NCBI GenBank assembly: GCA_000993405.1
Contig: LBWB01000009.1
Location: 77,848-141,847, forward strand
Length of the DNA stretch: 64,000 nt
Direction of reading: 5' to 3'
DNA from: Candidatus Woesebacteria bacterium GW2011_GWB1_39_12
Lineage (GTDB): Bacteria; Patescibacteriota; Microgenomatia; UBA8517
Shown here one piece after another: positions 28,707 to 39,182 of this stretch. The translations under genes were made by a program, and so were the position numbers. Position 1 is the first letter of the stretch; every line of letters starts with the position of its first letter. The notes under the pieces are model-generated. The model was given only the letters and a program-made list of their open reading frames with translations, was not told the DNA's origin and ran no database searches.

Positions 28707-30026
28707 TCATACATAATTGTTTAACCAAAGAACATAATCAATACCGTCAACCATCCCGTCTGAATTAAAATCTCCATCGAGATATCCTCCATTTGTTTCC
28801 TGATTGTAATGATTTAGCCAAATTACATAATCTATTCCGTCAACTCTCCTATCCCCGTTCGCATCTCCGGGCAATGGCGGTTGGGTTGGAGAAGAAGTGG
28901 GCATTTGGGTTGGAATATCAGTTACACTAGCTCCAGGATTTATCGAGGGTGTTGGAGTGGAAGTCTGTGATGGTACTGGGCTCGGATTTACTCCCCCCGG
29001 ATTCCAGCCGGCAAGTTGTGCCATCAGAACCCAAAAGGCTTTTGCGATACGAATCCGAATCGGCCCCATGGTTAGATGACCATTCGTGGTCTCGACAGTA
29101 TAATGCTGACATATCGCTGGATAGTTAATACCGTCATTGGCTAAATTTTCACACACCCCGGGAGATTGACAATATTGGACACCGTCACGATCATCATAGC
29201 AGGGAGACCCATCGGGCAAGTGGGATTCAATATCGGCAAAATCCAGGAAGACCCTATACTTTCCCAAACTATCACGTTGTTGTATATATTGACGCATTTG
29301 GTTGTTGAAATCGGTAGCCACACTATTGCCAATACTTCGAGCCAAACTTGAAGTCATAAAGATAAAATATTTATTGGGGAATCTTGCCAACCGCGTTTCC
29401 AGATCATAAACATCGTTTTTATCCCCGGCATTGTTCCAAAAAAAGCCACCCGGTTGTTCAGCGATCGAGTCAAAATCAAGCACGTTTAAATAGCTGAATT
29501 GGAAGGTGTAAACCGAAAAGTTATTAATACTCCGTTGACCTTGGACTTGATTGTTATCCAAAAGAGCCATGTAGTCGGCAGTCATTGTATACCAAGTTTC
29601 GGCAAACGGTTCATGAATCCAGTTCGTCCGGTTATAACCTCCTGGTCTATACCAGTTAATGGTGTCTGCTGGAAGATTGTAAGTTGGGTCGGCGTGATCC
29701 AATTTTATACAGTCAAGCAGACAATTAGGCCTATTGTCCCAACAAGCTTCATCCGATTCCCATACTAAACAGCTGATCGCTTCATCAGTGTTAACACCAA
29801 CCGAGCGGTTGCCAAAGATCATAGGGATGGCCGCGGCCCGCTGGATATATAAGTCTGGAATTTGCTCAAACAGCGACAGGCTGGTGCGGTTAACGATGAT
29901 CGGGGCCTGTTGCAAACGAGTATTTAAATTAGGGTCAATCTGAGCACTAACTATCCCTACCCCCATAATATTTATGGAAAAATATACTGCTAAAAAAATC
30001 AATGAGTGTGTTAATTTTTTCTTCAC
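28707..30026 (-). CDS. Secreted SGNH-like putative hydrolase with C-terminal dockerin
   Basis: Signal peptide, FGNRSVG, DFADIES; duplicated GDANGDRRVDGIDYVIWL motif. Confidence 0.65.
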   Translation of the reverse strand: MKKKLTHSLIFLAVYFSINIMGVGIVSAQIDPNLNTRLQQAPIIVNRTSLSLFEQIPDLYIQRAAAIPMIFGNRSVGVNTDEAISCLVWESDEACWDNRPNCLLDCIKLDHADPTYNLPADTINWYRPGGYNRTNWIHEPFAETWYTMTADYMALLDNNQVQGQRSINNFSVYTFQFSYLNVLDFDSIAEQPGGFFWNNAGDKNDVYDLETRLARFPNKYFIFMTSSLARSIGNSVATDFNNQMRQYIQQRDSLGKYRVFLDFADIESHLPDGSPCYDDRDGVQYCQSPGVCENLANDGINYPAICQHYTVETTNGHLTMGPIRIRIAKAFWVLMAQLAGWNPGGVNPSPVPSQTSTPTPSINPGASVTDIPTQMPTSSPTQPPLPGDANGDRRVDGIDYVIWLNHYNQETNGGYLDGDFNSDGMVDGIDYVLWLNNYV

Positions 30027-30072
30027 TGTCTATACATTATAATGGTTCAGTCCTTCGGCTTCACTCAGGATT

Positions 30073-32754
30073 TCACAACTGTGTTCCATAGTTGTTCAAC
30101 CATATTACATAGTCTACGCCATCAACTCGTCCATCAGAGTTAAAGTCTGCGTCAGATGACCCATTTGAGGTAGTTACACCATAATGATTGAGCCAGATAA
30201 CATAATCGATTCCATCAACACGGCGGTCGTTATTAGCATCACCCAGGATGGGTACTAGGGTTGGTATTGGTGTTGAGCTAGACTGATTATTAAATGCTAT
30301 CTGGTAACTTCCGCTTGATATCCGTATTCTAACCCAGTCAGTTCCGCTGGAAAGAGGGGTCTGAGCTTGACCATTCAAATAGATTGTTATCAATCCCGGT
30401 CGATAAAAAGTAATATCGCTTCCTTGAGAAATAACATTTCCTCCCTCATCACTCATATACAAACTAACCGAGTTCGTGGCTTCAAAACCTCTTTGAGGAG
30501 TGGCGGAATCGCGAAACAAACTTCCCTGGCGGACAAAGTAAGCGCTAGTTTGAGAATTCTGGGTTCTGTACCAAACCGCTTTCCCTCGAAAAGTCACTAA
30601 GTCATGCCGGATATCCGAAGTTGGAGCAGAAGATTCCAGGGCTGTGTCAAAAATACTTGCTGGATGTTGTACGGATGCTCCTGTGTAATTGCTCCCGCTC
30701 AGGCGGGAAAAACCGGCTGCGGCATGAGTGCTATCGTAAGGAAAAACAACAGTTACAATATTCTTCCGGCTACTGCTAAGCGGATAGGTAGAAAAAATGT
30801 ACTTGCCCACATAAGGAGCGTGGTCATCATAGTATTCCCAATGACAAAGTGCTCCGTCAAGAAGATCCACTCTTTGAGGCGGTGTGGCCAAAAATACGCT
30901 TATGCCAGCGCTTTGGTTGGTGAAAGCCACCGAACAAGAAAAAGGGTCGCCTGTTTCGGGATCATAGCAAGTCCGAGGAGTTGCGGGAATTGGAGCCCGG
31001 TATTCCTGATTTGAACTGACGGCAGCAGTCAAATCTGAATTTGGGTGTAAAGCAATATGGGCAGTACTTGTCCCGGCATTACCGGTTATTTCATCAAACA
31101 GTATAAAATAGCCGTTACTTCCAATTTGCGGGTGGACAAAAATAAAATTACGCTGATGCTTACCATTGGGTAAAGCCAGCCCGGAATCCCCGGATGCATA
31201 ATCAATTCCATTTCCGGTAAACCCTTCGCTAATTCCAGCACCAAACTTATACCGATGGTCATTTGCTTCACTTGGATCGTTCGGGTTACCAATATTGTAA
31301 TTTATCAGTGCCGTATTATTTCCTACCGCCCGGTGCGTCATATAGTTAGTGGAAAACCCTAAACACTCATCCGCCCCTTGGGCTCCCCCAGCCCCTTTGA
31401 AACCTACATTTAGAAGAAGCGGCTCTCCGTAAGCAGATACATGTATCGAGTTGGTATCATTGTGGGCATGGAAATAAACCATATTTGGGTCATTAAAATA
31501 CTCTTCGGTTGCCTTTACGTTCCACAAAGCGCCGTACAATGAATTTTTAGTCAAATTGTGGTCCATAAAAAAAGCTCCTCCGTCATTAAATATTCTGCTG
31601 ATTGGGGCAGTCGGAGCCGGCAAAGGATATGATAATAAAACATATTGGAGCAGTCGCCCCGGAAGAAATATCGGGTCTTGAGAAGGTTTGTCTGCAAACT
31701 GCGTCCGCCGCCACATGGCATATTGTCCGGCCTCTTGACTAAACTTGGATGCCTGTCCCGTATGAGCAGTATGTATTGTATAGTAGCCGAAATTCTCCGA
31801 CCAAACCGGGTAAAAATCCGAGCTGTCACCAAAGGGGGCTTGAATCCCTGCCGGGGTGGAAGCATAGCCAAAAAGCCACTCATACAGGTTTTGATATTTG
31901 GGATCTTGATAAAAACTGTAGTTGTCTGCTACCCCGTTCCCGTCAAAATCGATATTTCTAATGATATTGGTGTGTTCCAAAATATCTATAATATGAGATC
32001 TTTCCCCCCGCTGGTGTGCAAAAGCTACGGTACCGTAAAAAGGTCCCTCGTAATAAACCCCGTCCGGAGTAAAAAGCATATCCATCTGGGGCTTATAACC
32101 CACTATGGGCCGATAATCATCTCTCTGACCCCCTTTCACTAACGCATTAATATAAGGATCACTTGCGTCTTTACCTTTGTAAATGTTCCAAACCAACTGT
32201 GTGCCTTCAAATGCGGGTGGGTTGGCTGGAGGGGCATTGTAGTAGTGGTTATATTCCTGAAGTAACCAATTTTCTGCGCTGGTTTTCTCTGCTAAGGTTA
32301 AATCGTTGTAAATAATATCCATAGCCAGGATAGAATCTAAAAAAGCGGCGGCCGGAGCCATAAAGAAGGCTGCGGAGTAATTTGGTGTGCGCTGAACTAC
32401 CAAAATATCAGCCCACATCGGCATCACATTTAGAATTTTCTGTTTATACTGCATACGGTTAGCATCATCTAGTATAAAAGCCAAGGAACAGGCACTCATA
32501 ATATTTTGCATTCGGTACCCTTTATCGTAATCCTGAAGGTCGCCTGGGCTATAGGTTAAATTTTGACAATCGAAAATGGCATCGGCTTTCATACTTGACC
32601 AAGGCTCTTGACTGGCCCGGGCTCTGAGAGCAGGTAATTGGTCTGCACTGACAAGCATAAAAGGATGTGCCGGAGTCTGGGCAGAAATTAGATTAGTAAA
32701 TGCAGTAATCTGAAATAAAACCAAAACACCAACCAATATGACAAAGGTATGCAT
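30073..32754 (-). CDS. Secreted heparinase II/III-like polysaccharide lyase with dockerin
   Basis: HPFML, DGVYYEGPFY, HAHND.NS...AYGEPLL; C-terminal dockerin. Confidence 0.75.
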   Translation of the reverse strand: MHTFVILVGVLVLFQITAFTNLISAQTPAHPFMLVSADQLPALRARASQEPWSSMKADAIFDCQNLTYSPGDLQDYDKGYRMQNIMSACSLAFILDDANRMQYKQKILNVMPMWADILVVQRTPNYSAAFFMAPAAAFLDSILAMDIIYNDLTLAEKTSAENWLLQEYNHYYNAPPANPPAFEGTQLVWNIYKGKDASDPYINALVKGGQRDDYRPIVGYKPQMDMLFTPDGVYYEGPFYGTVAFAHQRGERSHIIDILEHTNIIRNIDFDGNGVADNYSFYQDPKYQNLYEWLFGYASTPAGIQAPFGDSSDFYPVWSENFGYYTIHTAHTGQASKFSQEAGQYAMWRRTQFADKPSQDPIFLPGRLLQYVLLSYPLPAPTAPISRIFNDGGAFFMDHNLTKNSLYGALWNVKATEEYFNDPNMVYFHAHNDTNSIHVSAYGEPLLLNVGFKGAGGAQGADECLGFSTNYMTHRAVGNNTALINYNIGNPNDPSEANDHRYKFGAGISEGFTGNGIDYASGDSGLALPNGKHQRNFIFVHPQIGSNGYFILFDEITGNAGTSTAHIALHPNSDLTAAVSSNQEYRAPIPATPRTCYDPETGDPFSCSVAFTNQSAGISVFLATPPQRVDLLDGALCHWEYYDDHAPYVGKYIFSTYPLSSSRKNIVTVVFPYDSTHAAAGFSRLSGSNYTGASVQHPASIFDTALESSAPTSDIRHDLVTFRGKAVWYRTQNSQTSAYFVRQGSLFRDSATPQRGFEATNSVSLYMSDEGGNVISQGSDITFYRPGLITIYLNGQAQTPLSSGTDWVRIRISSGSYQIAFNNQSSSTPIPTLVPILGDANNDRRVDGIDYVIWLNHYGVTTSNGSSDADFNSDGRVDGVDYVIWLNNYGTQL

Positions 32755-32763
32755 TTTTTCTCT

Positions 32764-35709
32764 TTAAGATCCGTAATTGTTTAGCCATATCACATAATCA
32801 ATTCCATCAACTGCCCCATCGCCATTAAAATCCCCACCAGAACTTCCGTTTCCTGCTGCCTGATTATAATGATTAAGCCAGATAACATAATCAATTCCGT
32901 CTACCACCCTATCTCCATTTGCATCACCAGGAACCGGCACTAAAGTTGGAGTTGGAGAATCAGTTACCCCGGCTCCAGGATCCACCCCAGAAGAAGGTGC
33001 TTCTATAGTAGCTACTAAATTTTGAATAAAGAAAAGGTCGCCACGTTGAAATGCAGGAGTATCCAAATACTTATAGAGATTTTCGCGTGACTCGTTTTGT
33101 ATCCAAGCTTTAGCTTGGAAAAGGGCCGGATAATCATAAAGCGACTGCATTACCGACTCTCCCTGGGCAGCTTCGTACCGGGCTACAAACCAATAAGGAG
33201 CGATTGTATTGTAGTCCGCAAGAGCCGAACCGACTTGGGCGTTTAAATTAGTTGCATAGGCATCAGCTATCTCCGGCACCAGACCCAGGAAGTTTCTGGC
33301 AATATTCATATTGCGTTTATGATAGGAAACTTCGTCTGTGCCAGTAAACGGAGTGTCCTTACTAAAGGTACTCCAGCGGTAAGTTTTGAGATTAGTCAAT
33401 TCAGTTTGGATACTGTTTTTCAAAGATGCATCTCCAGTACCAATCCCGGCCAGGGTGTGTAAATTCAAAAATCCCTGATACCCTGCCATCCAAGAATTCA
33501 TTTCCCAAACATTGGCACTACCGCTTAAGCGCGGAGCAGTTTGAGAAATTGTGCCATTGGTAATTAATGTTTTAGCCCGGTCATAAACTGCTCGAACCGC
33601 CGTAGTGTCCGTACCCAAAACATTTTTTGCATACAAATACATCGCATACAGATTTTGCGGCGGATAATTATAAGAAGCCCCAGAGGTCCCGTACCCCGGT
33701 CCAAAGGTGGCAAAATCTGGTGATATATCGGGGGGAAAATTCATATCTTCCCGCGCTATCCCTGTCGCCCAACCTACGCTCGCATAAGCATTAGTCTGAA
33801 AATAAGTCTGATATTCCTGCTGTAAAAATGTCTTTAGTCGGCTTTGGAGGTTCAAAGAGAGGTGGGGATAAGCTAAAGACAAGGTGTAAAGTGTGTCGCC
33901 CGGATTGTTAAAATAGTCAGAAATATAGTCATACATAAATTGATTGACGTTATAATATCCGGGTCGAAGGTGACCTGCGGATACGTGTTTATCAACTTCA
34001 TTTTCTAAGCGATTTTTAAGTGCATCGAGGGAAATGGCTGGAGCCGTATCACTCTTAGACGTAAGTGCCTGGGTAGCCAGCTTTCTGGCTCCCCCGTTTG
34101 GACCAAATGCAATAAGAGCGTTGCCCCTGTGAATAAAAACTCTATTTTGATGGGCAACAAATGCAGTTTGATCACCATGAGTGTGATATAACCCATTTAC
34201 TGAGTCATTCGGCCCGGAGTAAAAACCGCAAAGATTTGGGTGGCCGCAATCTAAAATCGTCCACATCTCATTATAATTAGGGGCTTTGGATGATAAATCA
34301 TATTGCCAGAACATACCGCCGCCGTTTAGGGAAAAATAATCAGCAAATCGATCACAACATACGCTGCGGAATATTACACTGCCCCCCATCGAAATGGATT
34401 GAGGCTCAGCCGTAGCCCCATTTCCAGCTCCAAAACCTCCTGTCCCAGCCAGAGCTAAATAGGTAGGGTTTAGTGGATTCCAAGCAAATACAGTTCCCCG
34501 CGGATCGCCGGAAGCTTGGAAAACGCTATTGTAATAGAGATTACCATTTGCTCCCACAATTGGGGGGTAATCATTACCCGATCCAGTACCGTAATAGACG
34601 GCCGGCATATACTCAGGATATCCATCACCATCGGAATCAAAGGTAAATTCGCTCCCATTACTTTTGTTGAGTACTACAAATGGCCGCCTCCAAGGTTTGT
34701 ATTTTCGTTGGTCTACCAAAGTCTGTCCATGGTTTTCAAAATATTCGGTTATTCGCGGAGCCGCATTATATGTAGTCATACCACTGGCCCATGCCGGGGG
34801 TGTCACTGTGGGACCAAGGTATGCCGAACCTGTATAATTTGTGCAGTTTAGTTCTGGAAACATATCACAGATCTGATCAGAGTATAAAGGACTATTTTGT
34901 CCTGGACGCTTACCGTTTCGAAAATCTTCTGAAGCCGAAAAAATGACATAATTTTGGTAGATTACCGGCCAGAATGATTGATATTGAGATCCGGGCAGCG
35001 TCGCGGATTCCCAAGCCTTGACCCCGGTCGTAGCATTAAGCGCATAGGCCTTCATATTTTGAGAAGCAAAATATAAAACGCCATTATCATAAGCTGGAGA
35101 AATCAGTATCGGACCTAGGGCTATTTGATTAGCGGCCGGATACTGCCAAACCAAATTCCCATTCGCTGCGTCGAGCGCATAGAAATAGCCGTCGCGGCCA
35201 CCCAAATAAACTCTGTTATTTACTACAATAGGGCTGCCGCTGAAGCCCGCCTTAGCCCCGCTAAATTCCCAAACTGCTGAGCCATTTGTAGCGGTCAAAG
35301 CATGGATCTTTTTATCGTAACTGCCGAAATAAACCACATTATTAACCACCGTCGGAGTAAAAATTGGCATTTCGCTATCGTATTTCCAAACGAGTACGCC
35401 ATCAGCCGCGTTATAAACATAAAGGCCGCGGCTTGTCGCTATGTAAAGCTTGCCCTGAACAGCGATTACTTGAGTTTTTTGGTCAATATATGCTTCTATT
35501 GGTCGATACCATTCAACACTTAAATTCCCAGTAGGCCCGGCATCTGTTCGACTTTCGCGTTTAAAATTACCTGCTGTTGTATACCAGTCCGAGCTAGATT
35601 GCGCATTAACCGGAGTCGCCAAAAAAACTAAACCCATAACGATTCCTAAAAGTGGAAAGACAACCTCCTTGAGTCTCATAGATTTATTATATAGCTTTTT
35701 GTTAATCAT
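32764..35709 (-). CDS. Secreted PQQ-type beta-propeller protein with dockerin
   Basis: Repeats VYFGSYD..IHAL.A.NG..VW; C-terminal dockerin. Confidence 0.8.
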   Translation of the reverse strand: MINKKLYNKSMRLKEVVFPLLGIVMGLVFLATPVNAQSSSDWYTTAGNFKRESRTDAGPTGNLSVEWYRPIEAYIDQKTQVIAVQGKLYIATSRGLYVYNAADGVLVWKYDSEMPIFTPTVVNNVVYFGSYDKKIHALTATNGSAVWEFSGAKAGFSGSPIVVNNRVYLGGRDGYFYALDAANGNLVWQYPAANQIALGPILISPAYDNGVLYFASQNMKAYALNATTGVKAWESATLPGSQYQSFWPVIYQNYVIFSASEDFRNGKRPGQNSPLYSDQICDMFPELNCTNYTGSAYLGPTVTPPAWASGMTTYNAAPRITEYFENHGQTLVDQRKYKPWRRPFVVLNKSNGSEFTFDSDGDGYPEYMPAVYYGTGSGNDYPPIVGANGNLYYNSVFQASGDPRGTVFAWNPLNPTYLALAGTGGFGAGNGATAEPQSISMGGSVIFRSVCCDRFADYFSLNGGGMFWQYDLSSKAPNYNEMWTILDCGHPNLCGFYSGPNDSVNGLYHTHGDQTAFVAHQNRVFIHRGNALIAFGPNGGARKLATQALTSKSDTAPAISLDALKNRLENEVDKHVSAGHLRPGYYNVNQFMYDYISDYFNNPGDTLYTLSLAYPHLSLNLQSRLKTFLQQEYQTYFQTNAYASVGWATGIAREDMNFPPDISPDFATFGPGYGTSGASYNYPPQNLYAMYLYAKNVLGTDTTAVRAVYDRAKTLITNGTISQTAPRLSGSANVWEMNSWMAGYQGFLNLHTLAGIGTGDASLKNSIQTELTNLKTYRWSTFSKDTPFTGTDEVSYHKRNMNIARNFLGLVPEIADAYATNLNAQVGSALADYNTIAPYWFVARYEAAQGESVMQSLYDYPALFQAKAWIQNESRENLYKYLDTPAFQRGDLFFIQNLVATIEAPSSGVDPGAGVTDSPTPTLVPVPGDANGDRVVDGIDYVIWLNHYNQAAGNGSSGGDFNGDGAVDGIDYVIWLNNYGS

Positions 35710-38413
35710 AATGATTTAGCCAGATAACATAGTCTATCCCGTCAACTGCCCCATCAGAGTTAAAGTCTGCGTCAGATGATCCATTTGAGGTAGTTGTATC
35801 ATAATGATTTAGCCAGATAACATAGTCTATGCCGTCAACTCTTCCATCGCCGTTTGCATCTCCCTGAACCGGCACTAAAGTTGGTGTAGGTGAAGGGAAC
35901 AAAGACGGACCAATCTGTGAATAATCTCCTACTTTAATTCCAGCATCTGCAACGCTTGACGGCAAATTATTTAAATTTATAACCAGATTCCCCTGACTGT
36001 CGGTGGTTAGCGACGAAAGGGGCGGCCTAGTTAACCCGGTGTTGGTATCAAAATACCACCACTCAACTGGTAAAATAGCATTTGCACTAAATCCGGCGAC
36101 TATAACACTTCCGGCTAGACGACTACTGTCCCAGACTTGGGGACAACCAGAAATATTCCCCGATACCGCACACCAAGTGTGACGTTTATTTTGAATCCAC
36201 AAATGGGCACGGTTTGTGGACGGATTTTTCTGCCCAACAACCCGTACATTAGCATCAGAAACAGTTGCGGCTAAGTTCTGATAACCACCAAGATTGAGGG
36301 GAATGTTTTTTACAAAATCAAAAACGTCTTTGAAATGGTGCCTGTGATCAAAATCCATTCTAATCGAGCAGGGTGGACCCCCGGGGCAGTCGTAAATATG
36401 CCAATTTTCAAACCAGTAAGACTCAATGAGCCCATTGGAATTAAGTCCTCCCCAGAGAAAGTTGTGCAACCAAACTCCATTTCTATCCGTATGAATATCA
36501 AGGTTGGGATCCAAATTATCACTGTTGACAAAACCCGTCTCCCCTCGGATTACCGGCCAGCGAGCGGAATTTTGCGGACCCCAAAGACTTGCGGCATCTA
36601 TGGTAGCTTGGGCGGCATCGTAGAAATCTTCCAAAGGAACACAGGCAGAACCGCTTCGGCGGTTATAACAATGGACATCGCCGAAATCAATTCCAGGATA
36701 ATTACTCAGGTTCCAACTCGAAGTTGTTCCATTCCAGACAGATGTGGCCGACAAATGTCTGGGTGTGAACTGATGAAAATACCGCCCCATCAAATCTGCA
36801 GCAACAGCGTGTTCGGTACCGGGCGTACCTTCATTGACAAATTCCCAGGAATGAATGGCTGTGGAATATCCCCAACGGGCTTGCAGGTATCGCCACCATT
36901 GCTTTTGCAACCAACGGCTTCGAGTCACCGAACCATCAGTCGGTCCATAAAGGTAAGCACTATTGGGGGAAGCAGTGTACAATCCGTTCCAGCCAAAACT
37001 GGCTAAAATTTCTTCCCGCCAGTCTAAAACTACCGGACGAAGATAAACACCATACTCTTCTGCCATGTTAACGACTTTATCAAAAGCAAAGGAATTGCGC
37101 TGATCAAAATAGCGGTGATGATCCATGAAAGGCTTGGGCAAAATATTGGAGCCATACTGACCATTACCCAAATCCTCTTCTATCCAAACATAACGAACTT
37201 CAGCCATACCGGCGCTGACATTTTCCAAAGCTAAAACAATAAAGTCGAGAAAACGCTGGTCGGCTTGGGTAGTAAAATTACCTTCAAGAGTCTGCCAGGC
37301 GGCAACGTTGTTGGGTTGTACTGGGGTAATCTTGGAACCACTTGCGGCAAGGTTGCAATTATCGCTGGTATTGGTAAATTTGACAACAAAACCGTAAGGT
37401 TGCCCGTTAACCGCCGGACCCTCTATACCCAAGGTTTTATAGTTCACGCGTAAACGATAACGGGTATTGGGTTTTACCGGCGGATGCGGAGAATTTAAGC
37501 CGTACATAAAACACCGGCTGGGATTAGAACTTATCTGAAAAGCAAACTCTGTTACCGGGTTGGTACCCGGATCATACATAAGCCAAGTCCAAGGCGGATC
37601 ATTCCCGTTGCTGGCAGCATCCCGCCATGGATTCCAGTGCGAACCAAAAATTGACCACTGGGAAAGCCAGACACGAATAAGCTGGATGCCGTTATCCCCC
37701 ATCGCACGAAAATGATCGATATTATCGCCCTGGCTGGTAGGACTATCAGCTTCGGGATCAATCCACTGAATGTGATTGTAATTCATGTTATAACCAAGGG
37801 CAGGGAAATATGTCCCGTCTTCAAATTCAAAGTATCGCTTATCCATTTGGGAAACTCGGATAAACCCCTTATTTTCCGAATTAACAACCTCAAAACCTTG
37901 AGAAGAAGATATTACAGTACCCGATGCATCTTGGACCTTGAGGCGGTACTGCCAAGTGCCTGCCTGATTAGGAGCATAGCGGACTTTCCAATAATAATTA
38001 GTGGTCGGGTAATACCAGTCAGTACCCCATTGGCTGGGATGGGTTTCATCTAGAAAATCTTGGTAGTAGAAAGCGGGTTGGGTGTAGGCTCTGGTCCAAT
38101 CGGATTGGCCCGGGGGAAGGAATTCTGCATCAACAGCGATACCTTGGTCAAAGGGATAATTCTCGGAACCGGGGTAAGGGCTGGTATTTGGTTCATAGGC
38201 AAAATTTAAGTTTTGGGCGACTGTATTTTGAATCTGGAAAGTAATTTCAAACTTTTCGTACTTGGGAATTTGAGAATTTGGATAAGAGCTTTTATTATCC
38301 GATATGTTGCTAATCGAAGGGCCGGTTTGGGCACTCACTGAAGGAACATAAAAGCCAAAAAAAACGACTAAAAAAGCAATGAAAAATACCCGTCTTACCA
38401 AGTTACAAAGCAT
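35702..38413 (-). CDS. Secreted clan GH-A (GH5-like) glycoside hydrolase with Ig-like domain, CBM-like insert and dockerin
   Basis: YEKFE, WKVRYAP..GTW.Y, SWEFVNE (acid/base), RGETG (nucleophile), dockerin. Confidence 0.78.
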   Translation of the reverse strand: MLCNLVRRVFFIAFLVVFFGFYVPSVSAQTGPSISNISDNKSSYPNSQIPKYEKFEITFQIQNTVAQNLNFAYEPNTSPYPGSENYPFDQGIAVDAEFLPPGQSDWTRAYTQPAFYYQDFLDETHPSQWGTDWYYPTTNYYWKVRYAPNQAGTWQYRLKVQDASGTVISSSQGFEVVNSENKGFIRVSQMDKRYFEFEDGTYFPALGYNMNYNHIQWIDPEADSPTSQGDNIDHFRAMGDNGIQLIRVWLSQWSIFGSHWNPWRDAASNGNDPPWTWLMYDPGTNPVTEFAFQISSNPSRCFMYGLNSPHPPVKPNTRYRLRVNYKTLGIEGPAVNGQPYGFVVKFTNTSDNCNLAASGSKITPVQPNNVAAWQTLEGNFTTQADQRFLDFIVLALENVSAGMAEVRYVWIEEDLGNGQYGSNILPKPFMDHHRYFDQRNSFAFDKVVNMAEEYGVYLRPVVLDWREEILASFGWNGLYTASPNSAYLYGPTDGSVTRSRWLQKQWWRYLQARWGYSTAIHSWEFVNEGTPGTEHAVAADLMGRYFHQFTPRHLSATSVWNGTTSSWNLSNYPGIDFGDVHCYNRRSGSACVPLEDFYDAAQATIDAASLWGPQNSARWPVIRGETGFVNSDNLDPNLDIHTDRNGVWLHNFLWGGLNSNGLIESYWFENWHIYDCPGGPPCSIRMDFDHRHHFKDVFDFVKNIPLNLGGYQNLAATVSDANVRVVGQKNPSTNRAHLWIQNKRHTWCAVSGNISGCPQVWDSSRLAGSVIVAGFSANAILPVEWWYFDTNTGLTRPPLSSLTTDSQGNLVINLNNLPSSVADAGIKVGDYSQIGPSLFPSPTPTLVPVQGDANGDGRVDGIDYVIWLNHYDTTTSNGSSDADFNSDGAVDGIDYVIWLNHYD

Positions 38414-38420
38414 AAATAAA

Positions 38421-39182
38421 TTATATTCTTCTTTTCCTACCAATCCTACCAATAAAATAGCCCGACAGACCACCGGAGATAAGTAAACCAAAAACTACCA
38501 AAAAATATATATAACTATTACCACTCAATTTACTGTCGTTATCGTCGCTTTTAATGGTCAGGCTATCTTCCGCCCCCTTAACGATTCCTTCTTTTTTCCT
38601 AAACGGATTCAGTTTTGAAGATGTGTCTTTATCGGAAGTATTGTCCGATGTCACACTAACACCAGGCGTCAACTCTGAAGCAGGACTCTCAACTTTAACT
38701 AGCAGGCTGCCGGTTCTTATTAAGATATCGACGCCCTCAGAAACAACAACATTGCTATCAGTTGAACTCCCGGGTGAAAAGTCAAAAGAAACATTTGTCG
38801 ACTCGGTTCTTTCTCTTCCCTCAAAAGTTATTTTTGCAACAGATTTCTTCTCGGTTGTAAAAACGCTATAGTCGTTTGAAAATGCGATTTCGACCGAGCC
38901 GCTATCGTTGTCGACCGATTGTGCCGGTGAAGTCGAAAATGCTTTTAAATCCTCGATTTCTATAACTTTTACATACTTGGGGTCATACTTTATAAAAAGG
39001 TCTATTCCGATAACTTCAGCGCCACCAGGATCCAGAACTACATCGACTTTCTTCTGACTGCCTTCGGCAAGCGATATAGCATTTTCGGAAAAAGAGATCG
39101 AGGAATTTGTAGCTAAAGCCGTCCTTGAAAGGCCGAAAAGCAGTAGGAACGAAAGAAAAAAAACCTTTTTTGCATCAGTCAT
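38421..39182 (-). CDS. Membrane-anchored single-cohesin protein
   Basis: Signal peptide, GIDLFIKYDP, DSNV..G.DIL, C-terminal TM + basic tail. Confidence 0.78.
   Translation of the reverse strand: MTDAKKVFFLSFLLLFGLSRTALATNSSISFSENAISLAEGSQKKVDVVLDPGGAEVIGIDLFIKYDPKYVKVIEIEDLKAFSTSPAQSVDNDSGSVEIAFSNDYSVFTTEKKSVAKITFEGRERTESTNVSFDFSPGSSTDSNVVVSEGVDILIRTGSLLVKVESPASELTPGVSVTSDNTSDKDTSSKLNPFRKKEGIVKGAEDSLTIKSDDNDSKLSGNSYIYFLVVFGLLISGGLSGYFIGRIGRKRRI

Noticed and set aside
36335-37006. 223-aa + strand ORF and other long antisense ORFs (2599..3087, 31645..32142, 62259..62840)
   Set aside because: Shadows of well-supported genes on the opposite strand
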